64,000 bases of DNA, from contig CM074524.1 in the NCBI GenBank assembly GCA_037379345.1, positions 7,909,635-7,973,634 of the forward strand, given 5' to 3'. Each line of letters opens with the position of its first letter. Position 1 is the first letter of the stretch. The notes below the pieces were generated by a model. That model was given only the letters and a program-made list of their open reading frames with translations. It made no database searches and was not told where the DNA came from. A program made the translations under genes and the position numbers. Positions 39,667 to 52,830 of this stretch are shown in pieces. The DNA comes from Perna viridis (Eukaryota).

Positions 39667-42600
39667 AATGAAATTCTTTTGAAACTTCGATATTTCATAG
39701 GTTTTGAACAGAACTTGCATACAATTAAGTTTTGAATTGAGATCTTCCTATGCCAATGGTACTTCTTGAAACAGTGTGTAACATATCGGAATTTGCGATT
39801 AATGTTAGGGTTTTTTTTTGTATTTCAAACCATCTCACAAGCGTCATGGACCTCATAAAATTTAACTAAAACGAATACATAAAACCATAAATAAATAAAC
39901 TAATTTCATTTTTTTTCTGCCACAATGATCACAACGTAAAATGTTTTTGCCTTTTAGTAAAAAAAAAGTAACAAAATTATACAGGCTTGAATTAATGTAG
40001 AAAGTGCTTTCAATGATAGAGAAAAACGTAATTTCGCATGCATAGCGGGTTATAATAAATAAATCAAGCCTCTAACCTAAAAACAAATCATAAAAAAAAC
40101 AAGAATTCCAGTTTTATACATCCCCAAAAGATTACATAAGTATTAGCTGCATATTTGCAATTTACCCCTCACGTGGAGCATTCCTGTACTGAGCCAAGAT
40201 TTTCATCAAGGTCAATATAGCGATTTAAGAAGAGTTATTTTTAAGACAACACTTATTCTTAAGATACATTATTTTCTTTCCCGGACACCAGACACTAATT
40301 ATCTTCCACTATGTACTGCTACATATGAGGTAACTCTCCTATAAAATTTTAACAAATCCTTTAAACGGATTTGAAGGAGTTGTGCTTACAAGATATGCCG
40401 ACAAACGAAGGCGGTCGACAGGGTGCTTCCTAAACACCCCCAAAATTTTGTTCGGTGGTATAACAACATCATTCTTTTTCTCCATTTTGTTTGGACCTGA
40501 CAAGCAACAATTAAAATTGAAATAAAAACAATTATACAGGTGAGGTTTAAAATCACCGATTCAATGCATCATCCGTATATTGTGTGTTTTTTTTTTTATT
40601 TCAAGTCAATATACAGTTATTTTCTTTATACTGCAATCCTTATAGTTTTTATTCAAGTTATATTTTTATTCGACGTGTTTTTTTTTAATTTCTTCCCTAA
40701 TTGTGGCCCCCGGTAGTGACGCTACGATCATCGGGTACACTGTAGTTAATGCGAGGATAGGTAAGTAGGCTTAGTGTTATAGGCTAAAAACCACTAATTC
40801 CACTTCCCATGCTATGCTAATTTCACAATATTCAATGGCTTCTCTGGACTTTACCTTAACTTTAACCTGCAGAGGACTATATATCAGCATGATTCTACAT
40901 ATGTCAGCTCACAATCCTCAGAATGGCATGTGGGGTTAGCAGACTTGCAGTGCAGTACTGGTCACCGGAAGTGAAGGGTCTATAAATAGCATGGGAAATC
41001 CAAGTGTTTTCACAAGATAGGGGTATATTGAAAAATCATTATGGAGATTAGGCTTCACATCACAAGAAGCAAAATGCACCTATAAAATGTACAGAAATGT
41101 TTTTCCTTTCAGAAACTGTTTAAATTTTTTAAATAAGATGAGAACTTTTTTCACAGCACAATGAGGAACAGGGGTAATTTCTGCGTAGGACTATTTTTGC
41201 GTACGTTCCAAATGCTCATTGGTTGAATTGGTGGTCTGTAACCTATATGCTGTCAGTGGCCGTATATCACCACAGTCATCACATTTTGATTTAGCTTGTC
41301 CCCTGTTTTTGGTGCCTGTGATTTTGTTCCTTGTTTTAAAAGCACCCCCCAACCCTTTATATTTTTGGGAAATTTTTGCAGTATTTTCAACACATTGGGA
41401 AAATATGGTACGGGGAACAGAAACACATCATTAGCCGATCTGAAACTCATGACCAATACCAAACTGACAAATACGTACTCCCAATATTCATTAGGTTACA
41501 ACTTAATGAAAAAAATCACATTTCCTGAAAGTAAATAAAGTACCAGGTCGAGAAATCACGTTTTGGGCAACATTTCACTGCCTTCTCTACCTGGTTTTAA
41601 AGAAATTATGCCTGACAATGGTGAATTTCTTCCCTTTGGGAAAATATTTTTTAACATTTTGGGAAAAGTTTACAGTGGAAACAGCTGATATTCGGCTGCA
41701 ATAAAAGGGTGAAAAATCACTAGAAGTCCAATAACCCAGAAACAACATGTCGGAAAATAATGATGCTGCATTTTATAATATTAAACATCAAAATCCACTG
41801 AAACATTTTTTAATAGTCGTAAGACACGACAATGGATGGACAGCGGCATACCTTTATTCAGAATAATCGTCCAAGAAGAAAATCCTAAAACAAAACAAAA
41901 AAGACAACAATACAAGTCAGGTTGAGTTATACAGTGACATCGCAGGAGAGATACACCCAGCTGTTCCTTGGACATGACTGCAGCTGTGGCTGTCCGAGTC
42001 CTGCTTAAGACACCTCAGCGAAGGCTTCCCGCTTTGTACACCAAGAGCCTTGCCTGATACACCGCAGCAGAAGCCCAGAAATAATATATCAGGTACGAGA
42101 CCACAATTAATTCCCCTTGACTTGACGAATATAGTTCCTTTTTTTAGTGCGTTTCTTCCTGATTTTTTTTTCTTTGCTGTTATAAACTTTATTGCTTAGT
42201 ATTAACTGCAGAAATGTAGGACAAGGATCAAATTTACAAGGTTTTTTTTTCATCCTGTAATTTTATGTGGAAATTGTGATTTGGTCCTATGAAAGAAGGT
42301 CAAAATTTAGGACATTTGGCAGTGGTCACTTTTCATGTCTATGGGGTCTCCGAAGCAAAGTTGCTAAAAATAAAATATGATGGTAAATTTTTCTGGCACT
42401 CTTATAGAAATCTGCTTTTATTCATGTTTCTATATTGGTGAAGTTTGAATGAGTTTGAAGCGGTGGATTTTTTTTTATATGTCAAGATGGGTCTGTTGAA
42501 ATGCACTACGAAATTAATTGTGTCTTCGTACCACCAATGACGCAAATGACAAAACGTACAAAGAGAGATAACTCTATCACCTTTCTTTGTACTTGATAGA

Positions 42601-43029
42601 AAAAATTGTAGAATTTTTTTCAACGTGCTGAACTTCAGAACAGGGCTAATGGAAAGAAGTACAGATTAATTAACATTCCTGATGGCAAATCATAATGCAC
42701 ACCGAAAAAAGGAAATTAACGTTGAATAAATCAAAAACTGCAAAGTAATAAATTCAGGAATCGACTGTTGTCATTGTAACACCACTACAAGGAAAGTATC
42801 CACAATACAACGTGACGACAATGGAGAGTAAATGGCTTGGACAAGGCATATAAGATTTTAGCCTATGTACTTACCATTTGAGAAGATCATATGTGCACTC
42901 TTTATCATATAATATGGTGGTATGTTATGAAAATGAAAAAAAAGAACGGCAATGATCTATATGTTTCGTCCTTTTTAAACACATAAAAGTTATCGTCTGC
43001 TCAAAATGACATGATATGGACAATCTTTT

Positions 43030-43232
43030 GGACGCTTACCCTAAGGGTGCACCTGGTCCATGCTCCCAGTTTTTAGTGGACTCCGAGTTGCTCATTTGCT
43101 TTTGTTACTTTGTATGTATGATTTTAGTTACTTTATGTTCTTTGTTGTGTATGTCTGTTTTCAATGTCTGGTCTTTGTCACTGGATTACATTCTTTTGAT
43201 TACCTCTATAACATTGGTTCCCTTGATTACTC
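43030..43232 (+). repeat. Penelope-like element 3' tail fragment
   Basis: ggacgcttaccctaagggtgcacctggtccatgctcccagtttttagtgg...cccttgattactc, near-identical to 56830-57003. Confidence 0.75.
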
Positions 43233-44726
43233 CTTTGAAATACTACAAAGAACAGATTCAGAATATTCTATACGAACAGAATTACACCACATTCTGTATA
43301 AATTTTGATTAGATTGAACCATACGAAGTAATTATTCCACGGTTGCATTAATCGTTCGGAGCACATACTAAGGATTCGGACTTATTACAATCCTAAATAA
43401 TAGTTTCTATGCTCTCTATAGTATCTACATGTCTATCTGCACATATACCGTTAATGTGTAGATAATTTGCTGTACCCTTAAATGCTTTTTCGATGAATCT
43501 TGGAGATTAAAAGAAGCATGTTTATAAGATTAGGTGGCAGATTTGGAGAGGCGACTCGTACCACCCTTAGATCCGCCTATAATTTCTAATATAAATATCA
43601 TATGTACAATTAAAATATCCAGTATCATATATATACTGCAACAAGAACCCAACCCAGGGTTAAGGCTCAGAAAATCATATATGAAGGCAAACGCGTTTCG
43701 TATCACAGCAAAGTAGAGTATATTTGATAATTTATAACGAAATACATGACAAGGTGGATAAATATGAACAGACGAACGAAAGGCGAGTATGGATAATAAA
43801 TGGAATCAGGGGCGGATCATCGAGAATCTTATAAAAGAGGGTCCAATCAAGAAACTTTGAAAGGGGCTCCATACTGTCTTTCGCCCATTTTTGCTTACAT
43901 TTTGAACAAAATTATTAAAATAAACAACAAATAGGGACTACAACAACGGAACCCCTAGACGTTCCACTGGATATATGTAGTGATGATTTTAATATAATGT
44001 CATTTTCACTACAAATGTATTGATTATTAATTTAATTGGTTCTTCCTTTCAATGTTAACTTGTCACATTAATTTCATTAAAGAATAAACAATGGCTACAG
44101 TGTCCTAAATGCACCAAAGATATTAATAATTCATAATCAACATCCTTTTCTTCGACCAGTTGTACACAATTGTGAACGATGAAATAAAAGCCTAAAGGTC
44201 AAAAATACGTGTCAATCCTTTCATCTAAGTACTTGTTGGCCATCGAATGACTGAACGATCAAAAGATTTCAGTATCAGATATGCGACTCTCAAAAGTTCA
44301 CGACCCGGAAGTGGCGGGAATGTGTCACACATAACAAGAGAAATTATGCTAGCAGACGACACAAGTGATTGATTTTGGGTTATGAACGAAATACTCAAGT
44401 TCGAGACTAGTCAATTCCTCTCAAGTTTGAAGGTTCAATTGGGGATGACAACATTATTTTTTTTATTTTAAGCCGGGTGGTTGATAAAATGTGGTCATTT
44501 TTGTTTGTCCTGTTTATTAGGGAAATAACCTTTCCACCCCATCCGTGTCAAAAAGATTTTCAAGTATGTACTTAAAGAGCAACTGCTGGTTTGTGTCAAT
44601 TTATTCTCACCAAATACAACACATAGTTATCAACACGAAACTTTTAAAAGAAATGGACTAAGATGACCCGACAAATAATAGTACAGCTTTAGATTGTTTA
44701 CCAACTCAAAAAATCAAACTGTTTAC

Positions 44727-44892
44727 AGTGGCTGATCCGTGGAGAGGATGTGCGGGTTGGAACCACCCTTTTATTGTTTAAAAAAATTAGAAATTTTCGT
44801 TCAAAATTAAGACAAAATAAGTAAATGATAGCCTGAACCCCTACACACTATTGACTTGGATCCCCTTTTAAAATAATTCTTGATCCGCCCTG
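44727..44892. mobile_element. PIF/Harbinger-type 'agtggcggatcc' MITE (one of several copies)
   Basis: Ends cagtggctgatccg ... tgatccgccctg. Related ends at ~3956, ~27634, ~30150, ~31190, ~43807, ~53815 and ~61525. Confidence 0.55.
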
Positions 44893-47812
44893 GCTCATAT
44901 CCGTTTTATTTCACTGTAACTCCAACTTTCAGACATAGCCAAGTGTGTACACAAGTATTAACACTATTTGTACAGACATATCCTAAGTATACTAAATAAA
45001 TGTTTCCAAAGCTTTGTCACTGCAATCTGCACGATCACTGTTTGCTTCCATGCATAATCGCAATTCCACACCAAATATTTCCCCTCCACCGAGCCCTCAT
45101 TCGAAAATTTCGTAGGAGTAGGTTATGAATACGAATACTGATAAGTTATATTTATGAATCATCGATGACATTTTTAACCATTTATCGTTTTTTCTTAGGT
45201 GACCATAAGCTAACTTGGCCTAGTATGACATTACGTGTTCAGTTGTTAAGGCCTGTAAAAATATCATCCACAGTGACCAAATTGATTTACTGATAGGTTA
45301 GGCGGTAAATAAGTCTAGTGTACAGGCCTGGTATGTGTTTGACATGAAAGTTTACTGTTTTTTTATGTTTTTGGATATATAGTATACTCATGCAACTAAA
45401 GATTTTATAACAGAGGTATCAACCATTTTATTTCAATAAATGGGACAAGGATATAATGTTGGCATTTTTAATTCTGCCATTTAAAAAAGGGGAGGTCAAA
45501 TTGTTGATCATGGATTTTTTCCCATTTTTTTTTAGTTTATCTACTGACACGCGTCAAGTTTTTTACTTACCTGTAAGAGGTTAAGTCTTTAATTCTGCCA
45601 ACACCATGCCTAGGCATTTTATTCCAAGTTTGACACTAACACTCCCCTAAAAATCAAATCGTGCTGCTCTATAGGTCTGTGCAATGCAAGGGAAGTAATT
45701 ACCGGATCAGTATACGATTGTCAGAAATTAATACATATAGACACAAGCTCCGAGCAACGATTGGATAAAACTCACTCTAGAAGCAGCAGACAGATTTCTC
45801 TCAAAGTCGACAAAAGTGAATTGATTTGCGCAACTTAATCCAATTTATTTGAATGCTGATATAAAAATTCCGAAAGGGCAGCCTCCAGCCGTTAGTTACT
45901 AGGAAAGAAAGGACGAAGTCTCCGCTGAATGCAAAGCTTGACAAAGCAAAGAAAACAAGAGATAGTAGCATCAAACGACTAAAAGAAATAATAAAAAAAC
46001 CTTGGTAACAACTTCGAGTAAATGAGAAACTTGGGTTCAACCCAAAACATAAAGTCTGTATGAATCAGGCACTGTTGTGATAAACAACACATATCGAATC
46101 GTTCACATCATGCCAAATAGTCTTTAGAAATAATACTACGTTGTGATGAGAACTAATACCCGAACTTCTTTTATTCGAAGGAAAAATAAAAGTTTGCTTT
46201 TGTTTCAGTGGAAGTTTTGTTCATTGTCTACGTAACGTTAATGCCATGCACGCAATCTTTGGTTGCTGAGCAAAGAAGACCTGATATAAATCATACCCAA
46301 TATCCTTTTAAACTAATTGTTCATGAAAATTAACCCTTACGAACTAAGCCAACAAATGAAAAAAAAAACACACACACACAAAACATAAAATTGGACAAAC
46401 TCATAGAATCGTTCATTATTTTGGTAAATAATACACCCCATGTTCAAATCTTAATAAATATAAGACAGGGAGTGGTTCACGTATAAACAATACCTATTTC
46501 ACTTTTATCTCTTATTCGGAAACAGTAACAGACAACATGTCTGTTACTGTTAGACATTCAGTTGTTGCATTTTTAAGATAAAAAAATATATTTTGTACAT
46601 GAAATTTGCCATTTGCTAGAGTTATCGTTCTTGATTTTGTCAATTTATGCGGGAGATGAATGTGTGACTTTTGCTAAATGTATTTTGTTCGTGTGTGGAA
46701 AGTTCTGGAATACTAGCAAACAAGGTTATAATAATCAACGAACTCGTTTCCTGTACCGTGTACAATGTATCATTTGCTCTTCACGAATCAGTTTAACTTT
46801 AAATTAAAAAGACGTACCCAATTATTCACCGACACGAGGCAGACGAAACATTAAACTTTATATAAACTGGTGAACTTTCACACCTTAAGACCCTTTAAGC
46901 ACCATTCTAGATATACAATTTAAAATTAATAGTACTTACCTCTAAATCTTGCCGGTGGTCCACTTTCTTAAACTAATAGCGGGGTATCTTTGCCTTTACT
47001 CATCGTCATAAAGGCCTGAAAAGGGGAAACAATTTGTAAAATAAAAGAATACTGGCTAAAACAAAAATTAAAATCCATAGAACTTGAAATCAAAACCTAG
47101 TAATGCCGTACTAAACAATTCACTGATACTGTATAATCGTGTCAAATCAATGGATCGCATTTTAAACGGAAAAGTCGACGGGTTAGAAACAAGAGCACCA
47201 ATGAGCGCGTCCTCATAAATATAAGCTATTAAGGGTGGTTCCACGCATTACTAAAACGGGGTGTAAACTGGCTCAAAAGGAAGAGGGCGCTCCTGATGAA
47301 TTATTTCGATTTTTTCCCGTATATAACCAACCAATTTCTTCGAGCATAAGGGGTCCAATCCACCTCATCCCCTGGATCCGTCTATGTCTTACCCGTTCTC
47401 TTTTTCTATGACATGTGACCATCATTTACATTCAGTTGCAGCAATGGGTTTCGCACTAGACACTCAAACAGTGAGCCATACATAACTACTAACATTACAT
47501 CGTGTCACGGGTATATTAGATATTTTGTTTTGCCATGGTAACTGCATAATAAGTAAATGTACAGGTTATGATAAAGATTGTTGGAGATCCACAATACAAT
47601 ATTATATTCAAAGTGGGGTTGTGATCACGCCAAAGTACTTTAACCTCGCCGCATTTTTAGCGCCTGTGTAGAGGTATATGTTTGAATCAACTTCTGGCTG
47701 TGAGGCTTTCTTCATTGTATTGCACTTGATAGAACTACTCGGTGCCGGAATTGGCGTTCAAATTAGTTATTTTGGGTATTGAGAACTTTTATATAACTTA
47801 TTTACGAATTAA

Positions 47813-48024
47813 GGAGGTAGACTTAAGGAACGGGACAAAACTCTTAAAATCAGTGATATGTTTGCATCATATTCAATTTCACCATAGCATATCAAGCTTT
47901 CGTTTGAAACAGAATGAAATCAATCCAAGTTACATTGATGCTTACAAGAGATTGATGTAATATGATGAATACAAACGTTCCAATGATTTTAAAGAGTTGT
48001 GTCCCTTACCCTAGGTCTACCTCC
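47813..48024. mobile_element. TTAA-flanked MITE (Kolobok-type)
   Basis: ttaa|ggaggtagacttaaggaacgggacaaaactcttaaaatca ... tgattttaaagagttgtgtcccttaccctaggtctacctcc|ttaa: ~40-bp TIR with a TTAA TSD. Confidence 0.85.
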
Positions 48025-48056
48025 TTAAGATAGATCTTCCTGTGTATTTGGTTCTA

Positions 48057-48105
48057 ATGCTGCTGATGAGAGATCACATGATGAAACCGGGCACGAGTAC
48101 AGCAT
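48057..48105 (+). ncRNA. Candidate degenerate type I hammerhead ribozyme
   Basis: AUGCUG-CUGAUGA-g...-GAAA-C...GUA-CAGCAU: 6-bp stem I, both core motifs and a GUA cleavage triplet. Stem II is imperfect. Confidence 0.4.
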
Positions 48106-51100
48106 ATCGAAATTTGCCACATTAATATGAGTGGTATTTTTGTATTTGCCATATGTTCCAATACAGTAGCTAATACTTCATACATACATTGATGAACTAG
48201 AAATTAAAGTACTTTTTGTATCAATTATGACCCTAAATATAAACAAGACATAAAAAAGGCATATTCCCTGCTACCAGCAAGAAAAAATAGGGTAGGTAGG
48301 TAAAGAAATTATTTCATATTTTCATAAACATTTTACAATACATTGAATTGGAAAACAATCTAGACTTTAACAGTGCTGGAGCCAAATTGTCAACAAAATG
48401 ATAAGACAGGCAACAAGTACTATCTTTAAATATGATGGTCGACGCAGTAAAATCTTGTTCTTTTTACTTATAATTTTCAACATTTTATTCAAGAAAATAA
48501 TACATGGCCGCAATTTCGATGCAGTTTTTTTCGAACGCCACAAAGTTATCAGTATTTGGCCAATCAGGAAACAGAATTGCAATCAGATGACTTGCGTTTC
48601 CATGGAAGAGCGTCTTTAAGGACAAAAGGTAAAAGCTAAACCATACCGACTGCGTCGGAAAAAAAAGAAAACCAGGGCGGCAGGGAATGGGAAACGGGCA
48701 TATTACTTCTTTTTTTTGCCCAATGACCACGATCTCAGGATCTCAAATACATATACCACAAACCCACACACCAGTATGTAAACAAGGCCTTTTTGGAGCA
48801 ACAGAAGAAGAGGTGCGAATTCACAAAGCTTATATTATAAGTTTTCTTATGTTACTTTCCGAAATTTAGTATATAAACAATAAAACAGTGACAATAAGAT
48901 TTCAATGAAGGATACATATCTCTCGCCATCCCTTTGTAATATTGTTCGATGTGAATATTGATATAATTTTGTTTTTTTTTGTTTCTAGATGTCAATACTT
49001 TAAAAGAAAACAAGATATATCAGGTAAATGTCGCTGCTCATGTCCAGCCATTTTTGTCAGATTTTCGGACTCGTCTGATTTTATCAATTTCATAGCAATA
49101 CATTTTTTTGCCCAGTGGCCCCCACTTTTCTTTTCATAATTTCATTAAACACACCTTAAAATGCCATTTGGGATGATTTTATGAAATCATTGTTATTTCT
49201 TCGGGGTTTTTGATAGATAAAACCTACTATAACAAAATCTATGAAAAATTTTTCCGCCAAAATTTGAAATGTTATTAAATCTCAAAGACGAGCACACTGA
49301 CCATTTTGTTTCTACTTATATTGTTGTAGTATGAAAGTTCTTAAAAAAATTACAACCTTTTTAAATCCTTGTTATTCTTAAACTGAACAGTGAACATCCT
49401 TAAATTAATTTGGCGACTAACAACATGCTTAAAATCTTCTGAATCCAATACACGTTAAACTATTCTCCATTGTGTTGAATTTCTCTCTCCTATCTTCATT
49501 CAACCATATCAAAAGCATCCAGACGATTCCATAATATACACCAATAACAGTCAATAAAGGATTTCTGAAGACCAAAACCCGGGACAAATCAATTTCCTCT
49601 ACTTCTACTTCCGGTTCGTCGTCTGAGACGAACAAATGCAAGGGTGCGAATTAATAATGAAACACGAATATGTGGATCAAGCGGAACGAACCGTATAATG
49701 ATGAGCACCCAAAATCCACGCAATAAGCATTTAATCAGACGGCAAGAATTATCCATGCAAAACTACTGATACTTAATATACTAGGCAAATTCAGACATTA
49801 GTAAATATGAAACTTTCATAATTTGAGATTAATAAAATAAAGATCAAAGATCTGGTAACTGTAAAGAAATTGCAGAAATGTTATTCCGCTGCTTGCTCAA
49901 ATGGGCAAAACTAGTGAGAACTATCTTGGTTTATGAACAATACCCAATCCATGAATAACCATGAAAGATAATAAATAACTCAAAATACTGCGAGTACAAA
50001 AAAATACATCATCCATTTTTTATAATTATAAACTGTTTGACATATTCACGATATCGCACCAAATGATACCAAAATACACTGAACACGTGCTGGTAACCAA
50101 TAAGTGTTGAATCATTCACTTGTGTATAACGCTTAATGACTATGAAAATCGTTAGAACGTAATGGATGACCGCAGTATGAACTATGAGAACAACCATTCA
50201 AAAGAATTTCTTCTCATTAGGAAAACAAATAATATATAAGACTGACGCAGGACTATTTGTATTGATGTCAGGCAATCTTCCTTATTTATTTTGATTTAGT
50301 TTTAAATCCTTGATGATGTACGTAACAACTGAATATGAATCATATATGGATAATAGAGAAGCATAGAGTATTTCCTCTGGAGAGGAGAGCGCTGGGATTC
50401 TTTGATGAACGAGAAGGTCGGGTTTTCTTTTTTTGCAGCAACCGGTATAATCTAAAACATGGCATGGCCTTATGAAATCCAAGTCCCATATCCCCCTTGA
50501 TAAGAAAATGGAAACATGCACACAATTATTAAGCCAAAACACTCCAAGTAAGATAACCATAGAAACATATTTGTGTCTGAGTGATTTTCTACCAATCCTA
50601 CATGAACACATACATGTGCACGAAGGAGAACACATTTTAAAAAGTCCTAAAGTAACATAATACGATTAGTTTCAACGTGCTTATTTTGATAAAGTATTAA
50701 CACGAAAGCACTAACGTGTCAAGTGTTTTCAAAACAAAAAAAAAAAAATAGTTGATCAAAATTTTTATTGGAGTTTACTCATATGCATTAAAACACTTTT
50801 CAAAGGTTTCATTTGCATTGGTACAAGCGTTTTTGAGTTAGAACAACCGACCTTTGTTATGAATAAATGCCAGTAACTCGAACACGAAAAATTGTAGTTT
50901 TCCAAAACAAATTTAAAGGAAGCTTACAATTACAGAAATTAACATACTTCAAAAAGATTCTAACTATTAGTTGGGGGACATAAAAAATGAACCATGATGT
51001 CTATTTATTAAATGCTTCGCAAGGAACAGCTTGATACGACCACGGAAGTCGAACTCTGAACAGATTGGATACGTAATGACACAATTGTAAAACTTGATGT

Positions 51101-51959
51101 AGCTTAATCCGGAATCTATGTAATTTTTTTACCAGAATGGAAGTGGTCTGACAGCTTAACATGTGTATTTACTCAATACACATTTTAGACAGGTAATAAG
51201 CAATTTCATAGAGATCCTTGAAACCAAAATTAGTGAAACCAGAAAAAGATTTCTTTTTTTTTCGGCTACTTATTCCTTTAACGATATGACTCGTAGATAC
51301 TAAGAAACCTTGCGACGCAATTTTACAGTAATGCATATATATGTACGTCAGTTTGGAACCTTGCTGTAAATTATTATTAAGATCCACCAACCATTATTAA
51401 AGTTACCGCATGATAACAAAGTGTATAGGGACGACGACGGTATTATTGCGATCCTATAAAAATGAATCAAGCATTCTTTGTCAACATCGCATTAGGGACG
51501 ACCATATGATTTTGAGGAAAGGGAGGATGGCAAAATTCGTGAGGTCAGAAAACTCATTTTTGAAATTTTTCAACCACATCGGGGCATGATTATTTATAAT
51601 TTTTCTAGGTGGATACCAGAAATCTGCCAAGCCCCCACCTCAAAATCAAATATTCGTCCCTTTACCCAGAACAATTTGCCAAACCTTTGAACACGTAATA
51701 GATACGTGTTGTGCATGAAATAGAACTCCAATGACACTGACCAGGAAGTGAAAATCAATCCCACCACTTAAAGAACAACAATTCATTCATATTTCTAAAG
51801 TTTTCAGATAATATATCTGCTACAAGTTCAGAAATTATTTTTGAAACAAACTTAACGCGTTCAATATACGTATATTAACTATCTACAAAACAAGTACCTG
51901 CAAGCTTCTGTAATCTACACTCTAAATCAAACTGCTGAGAATGCAGATAATCTCATATG

Positions 51960-52160
51960 AGGAGCTCTTAGAAGAGCTAACACTTCAAGGTCATGGGCTT
52001 CAAGGTCAGAGGGCGTGTTTTATAAGTCCAGCTTCCCATAGTCGTGGGAAGTTGTTCACCTAAGCTTTCGTTCCCTTGACCCGGATCAGTGTTGTTATTG
52101 TAGCAGGAAAGGACATATTGTCTAACATTGCAGAGAACCCGAAAAACCACAAAAGATGCA
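51960..52160 (+). pseudogene. Relic gag-type CCHC zinc knuckle (retroelement remnant)
   Basis: The frame from 52081 reads PDQCCYCSRKGHIV*HCREP, i.e. CX2CX4HX4C with an in-frame stop. Confidence 0.55.
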
Positions 52161-52412
52161 ATTAGCAGTTAATTCCTTCCTTTTTAAGAGTACGAGTTGC
52201 TTATTTTCACAGGATATATGACTTACAGTAACCAAACTATACGTCATTGTGGTCAGTGGATTTGGATAAGCTTAAATTGGCCACAAAAGAATTGATGGAC
52301 AGATTATTAACCAAAACTAAGCAATCGATTTTTAAAAATTTTCTCCATAATAGAGGGGTGCAGAACTTCAATACATATATTATAAACACTTTGCAAAGTT
52401 TAAATAGTATTG

Positions 52413-52830
52413 GTTTTATGCTTTTTGAGTTACAGATTACACATAGTTGGTACATCCTTAGCATACAGATTGACTCGAGCAGCCATATGAGGTTAAATCC
52501 CAATCAGCGGGCTGTTGCTCCTTTGAGCTAGCACAATCAAATTCCAGCTCAGTGTGTAGGACTAGTTTATGCTTTTCGAGATAAAGATTACACATAGTTG
52601 ACACATCCTTAGCCTAAAGCACGGACGGATGGAGTCGAGCAGTCATATGAGGTTAAATCCGAATCTGCGGGTTGTTGCTGCTGTGAGCTAGCACAATAAA
52701 AGATGCAGGTCAGGGTGTGGGACTAGTACAAAGCAGGGTCTGTTCAATTAGTCAAATGTTCTCTTTCTGAAAGGCATTAAATATCTGCCAAAGGATGTAA
52801 AACCACAATAAATTAATAAATCAACCAATA
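52413..52830 (+). mobile_element. SINE body/tail (V-SINE-like) with a ~154-bp internal tandem duplication
   Basis: Two diverged copies of ...gcggg.tgttgct.ctgtgagctagcacaat...ggactagt (52413-52566, 52567-52727), followed by acaaagc...taaa.cacaataaattaataaatcaaccaat tail. The superfamily assignment is from recall and is tentative. Confidence 0.5.
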
